Assembly: GCA_041659325.1 (NCBI GenBank)
Contig: JBAZYN010000001.1
Coordinates: 366,819-430,818, forward strand
Origin: Candidatus Shapirobacteria bacterium
Lineage (GTDB): Bacteria > Patescibacteriota > Microgenomatia > UBA12405
Direction of reading: 5' to 3'
DNA length: 64,000 bases
The translations under genes and the position numbers were made by a program. Shown here one piece after another: positions 61,301 through 64,000 of this stretch (position 1 is its first letter; every line of letters starts with the position of its first letter). The notes under the pieces are model-generated. The model did not search any database. It was not told the origin of the DNA and worked only from the letters and a program-made list of their open reading frames with translations.

Positions 61301-62134
61301 TTATTTTATTTGATTTAGCTTTCCAATATCTTTTTGTTGTACCATTAAAGTCTCGTCCATGGGCTTAAGAATAATTTTATTCAAAATAATGTTATTTTTT
61401 ATATCGACGTTTACAAGTAATAAATCTCCATTATATTTTCCAGCTATTATATAGCTTTCGTCATTTATAGTACTAATTGGAAATTTTGTTTGTGACTGGA
61501 TATCAGAGTAACCAATTCCATATGAGAGTAAAGTCCATATAATAATAAAAGCGGGATAGAAAACATAGTTAATTCTCAGGAACTTAGTAATAAAAGAAAT
61601 ATCAACATTTATATCTTTTTTCTTTTCTTTATTTGCTAGGTTCGCTTTAAAAATTTTTTCCGAGTACAAATTATATTTTGATAGGTAACTTTTTTCATTT
61701 GGATATTGAAAAAGTGGAATTACAAAAATATATATTATTAAAAGTAAAAAAATGAATAATATCAATGCCGATTTAAGTACGGGTAGGAGAATAGAAATAG
61801 ATAAAATTAGATAGGTAAAAATTATAAATACGGCCAAGACTGCAACAAATGCAAATATTAGATTTTTTTTAGTTAAAGGCTTAAATTCTTCGTCTTCTTT
61901 TTTATTTGGAGACTTTGTTGAGAGAAAAAATGAAAACATTAAGACAGCTAATACAAATAGCACCAACAAGGATGACAGAATTGCTGTTTCTGTGTTAACT
62001 TCTACGAAAATTACTGGTAAATTAAGAAAAGTATATTTACCCGTGAGATAGCAAAAAGCAGCAATATATCCAACTACAGGAATACTGATTATGGACAAAG
62101 TCTGACTTGAGTTCAAATCTGGAATAATTTTCAT
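61301..62134 (-). CDS. AT-rich multi-TM hypothetical protein
   Basis: 277-aa ORF with about five hydrophobic segments. Confidence 0.65.
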   Translation of the reverse strand: MKIIPDLNSSQTLSIISIPVVGYIAAFCYLTGKYTFLNLPVIFVEVNTETAILSSLLVLFVLAVLMFSFFLSTKSPNKKEDEEFKPLTKKNLIFAFVAVLAVFIIFTYLILSISILLPVLKSALILFIFLLLIIYIFVIPLFQYPNEKSYLSKYNLYSEKIFKANLANKEKKKDINVDISFITKFLRINYVFYPAFIIIWTLLSYGIGYSDIQSQTKFPISTINDESYIIAGKYNGDLLLVNVDIKNNIILNKIILKPMDETLMVQQKDIGKLNQIK

Positions 62135-62227
62135 TTTTCTTGTTGATAGTATACCGAAAAATTCAAACTGTATTCATAAAACTATAACACCCACCCTGCC
62201 CGCTTACTCGCCGGGGAGGGCCTCTAA
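62127..62227 (-). repeat. Copy 2 of 101-bp direct repeat
   Basis: See 60304-60404. Confidence 0.9.
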
Positions 62228-62245
62228 AGCCGGTAAGATACTAAT

Positions 62246-62797
62246 TTATACAGGAATATTGGCTATCATTTTGTCGATATATCCAATTGCTTGAACGGGC
62301 GTATCGACGAAATAAATCATATCATCTAGTACCTGTCGGATGAACCCCTCTTGTTTCATTCTCTTGAATTGATTTTTTAGACCATCGTAAAAGCCATCTG
62401 TATTTAAGACCACAATTGGTTTGTTATGCTGCTTTTGTTTTTTCAGCTCTAGTAGTTCAGTTACTTCATCTATTGATCCGATTCCACCGACCAGAAGCAC
62501 AAACGCATCACTTTTTTCAGCCATTAGAACTTTTCTTTCGGGCAGAGTTTTGGTTATATATACTTCACTTAAATCCGTGCTAACAGCATCTTTAATTATT
62601 TCAGTAGCTATCCCGATTAGCCTACCTTTTGATTCTCATACTGATGAGGCAAGAAATTTCATTAAACCGATGTCTGAACCACCATAGATAAGGCCGTACC
62701 CATGACTAACAACTACTTTTGCCAAATCTTGAGCATCCTTAATATATTTTTCTTCAACGTCATTTACGGAACAAAAAACACAGATATTTTTCCCCAC
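62246..62797 (-). pseudogene. LOG-family (TIGR00730-like) gene with one in-frame TGA
   Basis: GTG 62797 gives ICVFCS..LIYGG..GLM..SSV*ESKGRLIGI..ERK..SDAF..GGIGSIDE..KPIVVLN.DGFY; the stop at 62636-62638 is the only interruption. Confidence 0.8.
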
Positions 62798-62823
62798 GGG
62801 TAGATTATAGCGTAAAAACTTTT

Positions 62824-62994
62824 CTAATACCCATAAACAACATCTCCCTCTTTGGCCCCGGCAACCGAAATCTTCTTCCACTTGTCCGGGGTATAGTTTC
62901 TTAGACCAATCAGTAAACAATCTTTTTTGAAAATAAAGGCAACCGGAACATCTTTGTCATTGCCGACTTTCTTAAGAATATGGCTAGTATCCAT
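62824..62994 (-). pseudogene. Probable Nudix-hydrolase remnant lacking the Nudix box (56 aa)
   Basis: MDTSHILKKVGNDKDVPVAFIFKKDCLLIGLRNYTPDKWKKISVAGAKEGDVVYGY; Nudix-like N-terminal strands but no GX5EX7REUXEEXG. Confidence 0.4.
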
Positions 62995-63021
62995 ATATAA
63001 TATTCATCTAAATATAAAGTG

Positions 63022-63093
63022 TTGCGGGACTAGGGCTCGAACCTAGAATATCCACTTCCAAAGAGTGGTGTCCTACCATTAGACGATCCCGCA
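63022..63093 (-). tRNA. tRNA-Gln(TTG)
   Basis: tgcggga/tcccgca acceptor; ccact-ctTTGga-agtgg. Confidence 0.92.
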
Positions 63094-63771
63094 TTGTTTA
63101 TTAAAACCTTTAACCCATCCGGCAATTCTCCTATTTAAATCAGTGCTTCTTCTTACTCGCACACTTATTTGACCATGATAGTTCTGATCTACATTTTTTC
63201 TCATGGTCATGATTTTATTTTTCTTAAAATAAATCTTATCAAACTTACTTTTAGGATAACCCAATTCATTAGACCAATATTCTACAAATACATTCTTTGT
63301 TTCTTTAAATTTTTCATGGACATAAAGCTCCAAAACGATATCATCGTCAATAATCTTCAAATACTCTTTTAACCAAAAAATAAAAAACGACAACATCCTG
63401 GAATCAGAATTGCTAAATTTTATACCAACGGAAACATTAGTCTCTTTTTGTTTTTCACCTTCTGCCCAATACAACATTATTCCTGCCAACCACAAATCGC
63501 GATTACTTAGTTGACCAATATCACTAAATGTACTTTTATCAATAGCTTCAATTTTTTGCAACCTTTGTTTTCTCTTTTTCGCACCACCCCTCTGTATCGC
63601 TGACAGTTTACGTTCAGTTAAAGCTTGTTTTTGTTTTTTTGACAAGCCAACCGATCTTAGCCACTGAGACAAAGTAGATTTTGCCACTGGGACTTTTTTC
63701 AAAATCTGGGAATAAGATAAGCCATCTTTTCTCAAAGAAACCGACAAATTTTTAAGGTTCTTTTTTGCCAT
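63079..63771 (-). CDS. HTH plus LAGLIDADG-like (LYWAEG) protein between tRNA genes
   Basis: N-terminal HTH (GLSYSQI..VAKSTLSQWL); LAGIMLYWAEG helix followed by FSNSD; start ATG 63771. Confidence 0.7.
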   Translation of the reverse strand: MAKKNLKNLSVSLRKDGLSYSQILKKVPVAKSTLSQWLRSVGLSKKQKQALTERKLSAIQRGGAKKRKQRLQKIEAIDKSTFSDIGQLSNRDLWLAGIMLYWAEGEKQKETNVSVGIKFSNSDSRMLSFFIFWLKEYLKIIDDDIVLELYVHEKFKETKNVFVEYWSNELGYPKSKFDKIYFKKNKIMTMRKNVDQNYHGQISVRVRRSTDLNRRIAGWVKGFNKQCGIV

Positions 63772-63781
63772 TAATAAAACC

Positions 63782-63810
63782 ATTATAAATGTTTGTAGTA
63801 CATAGTACAA
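63782..63810 (-). promoter_or_regulatory. Sigma70-type promoter TTGTAC-N17-TATAAT
   Basis: Minus strand ttgtac-tatgtactacaaacatt-tataat, 10 nt upstream of ATG 63771. Confidence 0.65.
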
Positions 63811-63830
63811 TGGTTCGCTTATACCAAAAG

Positions 63831-63912
63831 TGCCGATGAGAGGACTCGAACCTCCACACCTTGCGGCATACGCACCTCAAGCGTACGTGTATACCAATTT
63901 CACCACATCGGC
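63831..63912 (-). tRNA. tRNA-Leu(GAG)
   Basis: gccgatg/catcggc acceptor; tacgc-ttGAGgt-gcgta; long variable arm. Confidence 0.93.
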
Positions 63913-63934
63913 ATTAATTTATTTCAATGTGCCC

Positions 63935-63992
63935 CCTGCCTGCCGGCAGGCAGGAATTTCACTTACCCTGCCGTAGCATTGGCAAAGGCGGG
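63935..63992. repeat. REP-like palindromes
   Basis: Perfect 20-bp palindrome cctgcctgccggcaggcagg (63935-63954); ccctgccgtagcattggcaaaggcggg (63966-63992). Confidence 0.8.
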
Positions 63993-64000
63993 CCACATCG

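Noticed and set aside
62636-62638. TGA recoding (genetic code 25 or selenocysteine)
   Set aside because: TGA is a true stop in several conserved genes, long genes lack internal TGA, and the position is not a catalytic Cys.

Overview
This is a 64-kb chromosomal segment of a small-genome bacterium using the standard code (TGA is a stop). It is most consistent with Patescibacteria/CPR, Microgenomates-like; this is an inference from gene content, alpha2-type GlyRS, pervasive leaderless starts and CPR-type short palindromic repeats. From 1 to 23 kb lie recO, glyQS and a dcw cluster (rsmH-ftsL-ftsI-murE...murA-mraY...ftsW-murG-ftsQ-ftsA-ftsZ-rodA). The cluster has no murB, murD, murF or ddl. Instead it carries an ATE/Bpt-like aminoacyl-tRNA transferase, an Mpl-like ligase, a signal-less NlpC/P60 protein, an unannotated 52-aa LysW-like carrier protein ending in EEK, a fold-type-II PLP enzyme and an ATP-grasp ligase. 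This module is the best candidate here for an undescribed system: carrier-protein-dependent synthesis of a non-canonical peptidoglycan peptide. From 23 to 55 kb are housekeeping and envelope genes and six tRNAs. From 55 to 64 kb is a variable region downstream of tRNA-Gln. It holds short accessory genes, three broken genes, a 101-bp duplicated promoter/start module, nested REP-like hairpins, and an HTH/LAGLIDADG-like ORF between tRNA-Leu and tRNA-Gln whose stop codon lies inside tRNA-Gln. No CRISPR array, rRNA or transposase was seen.
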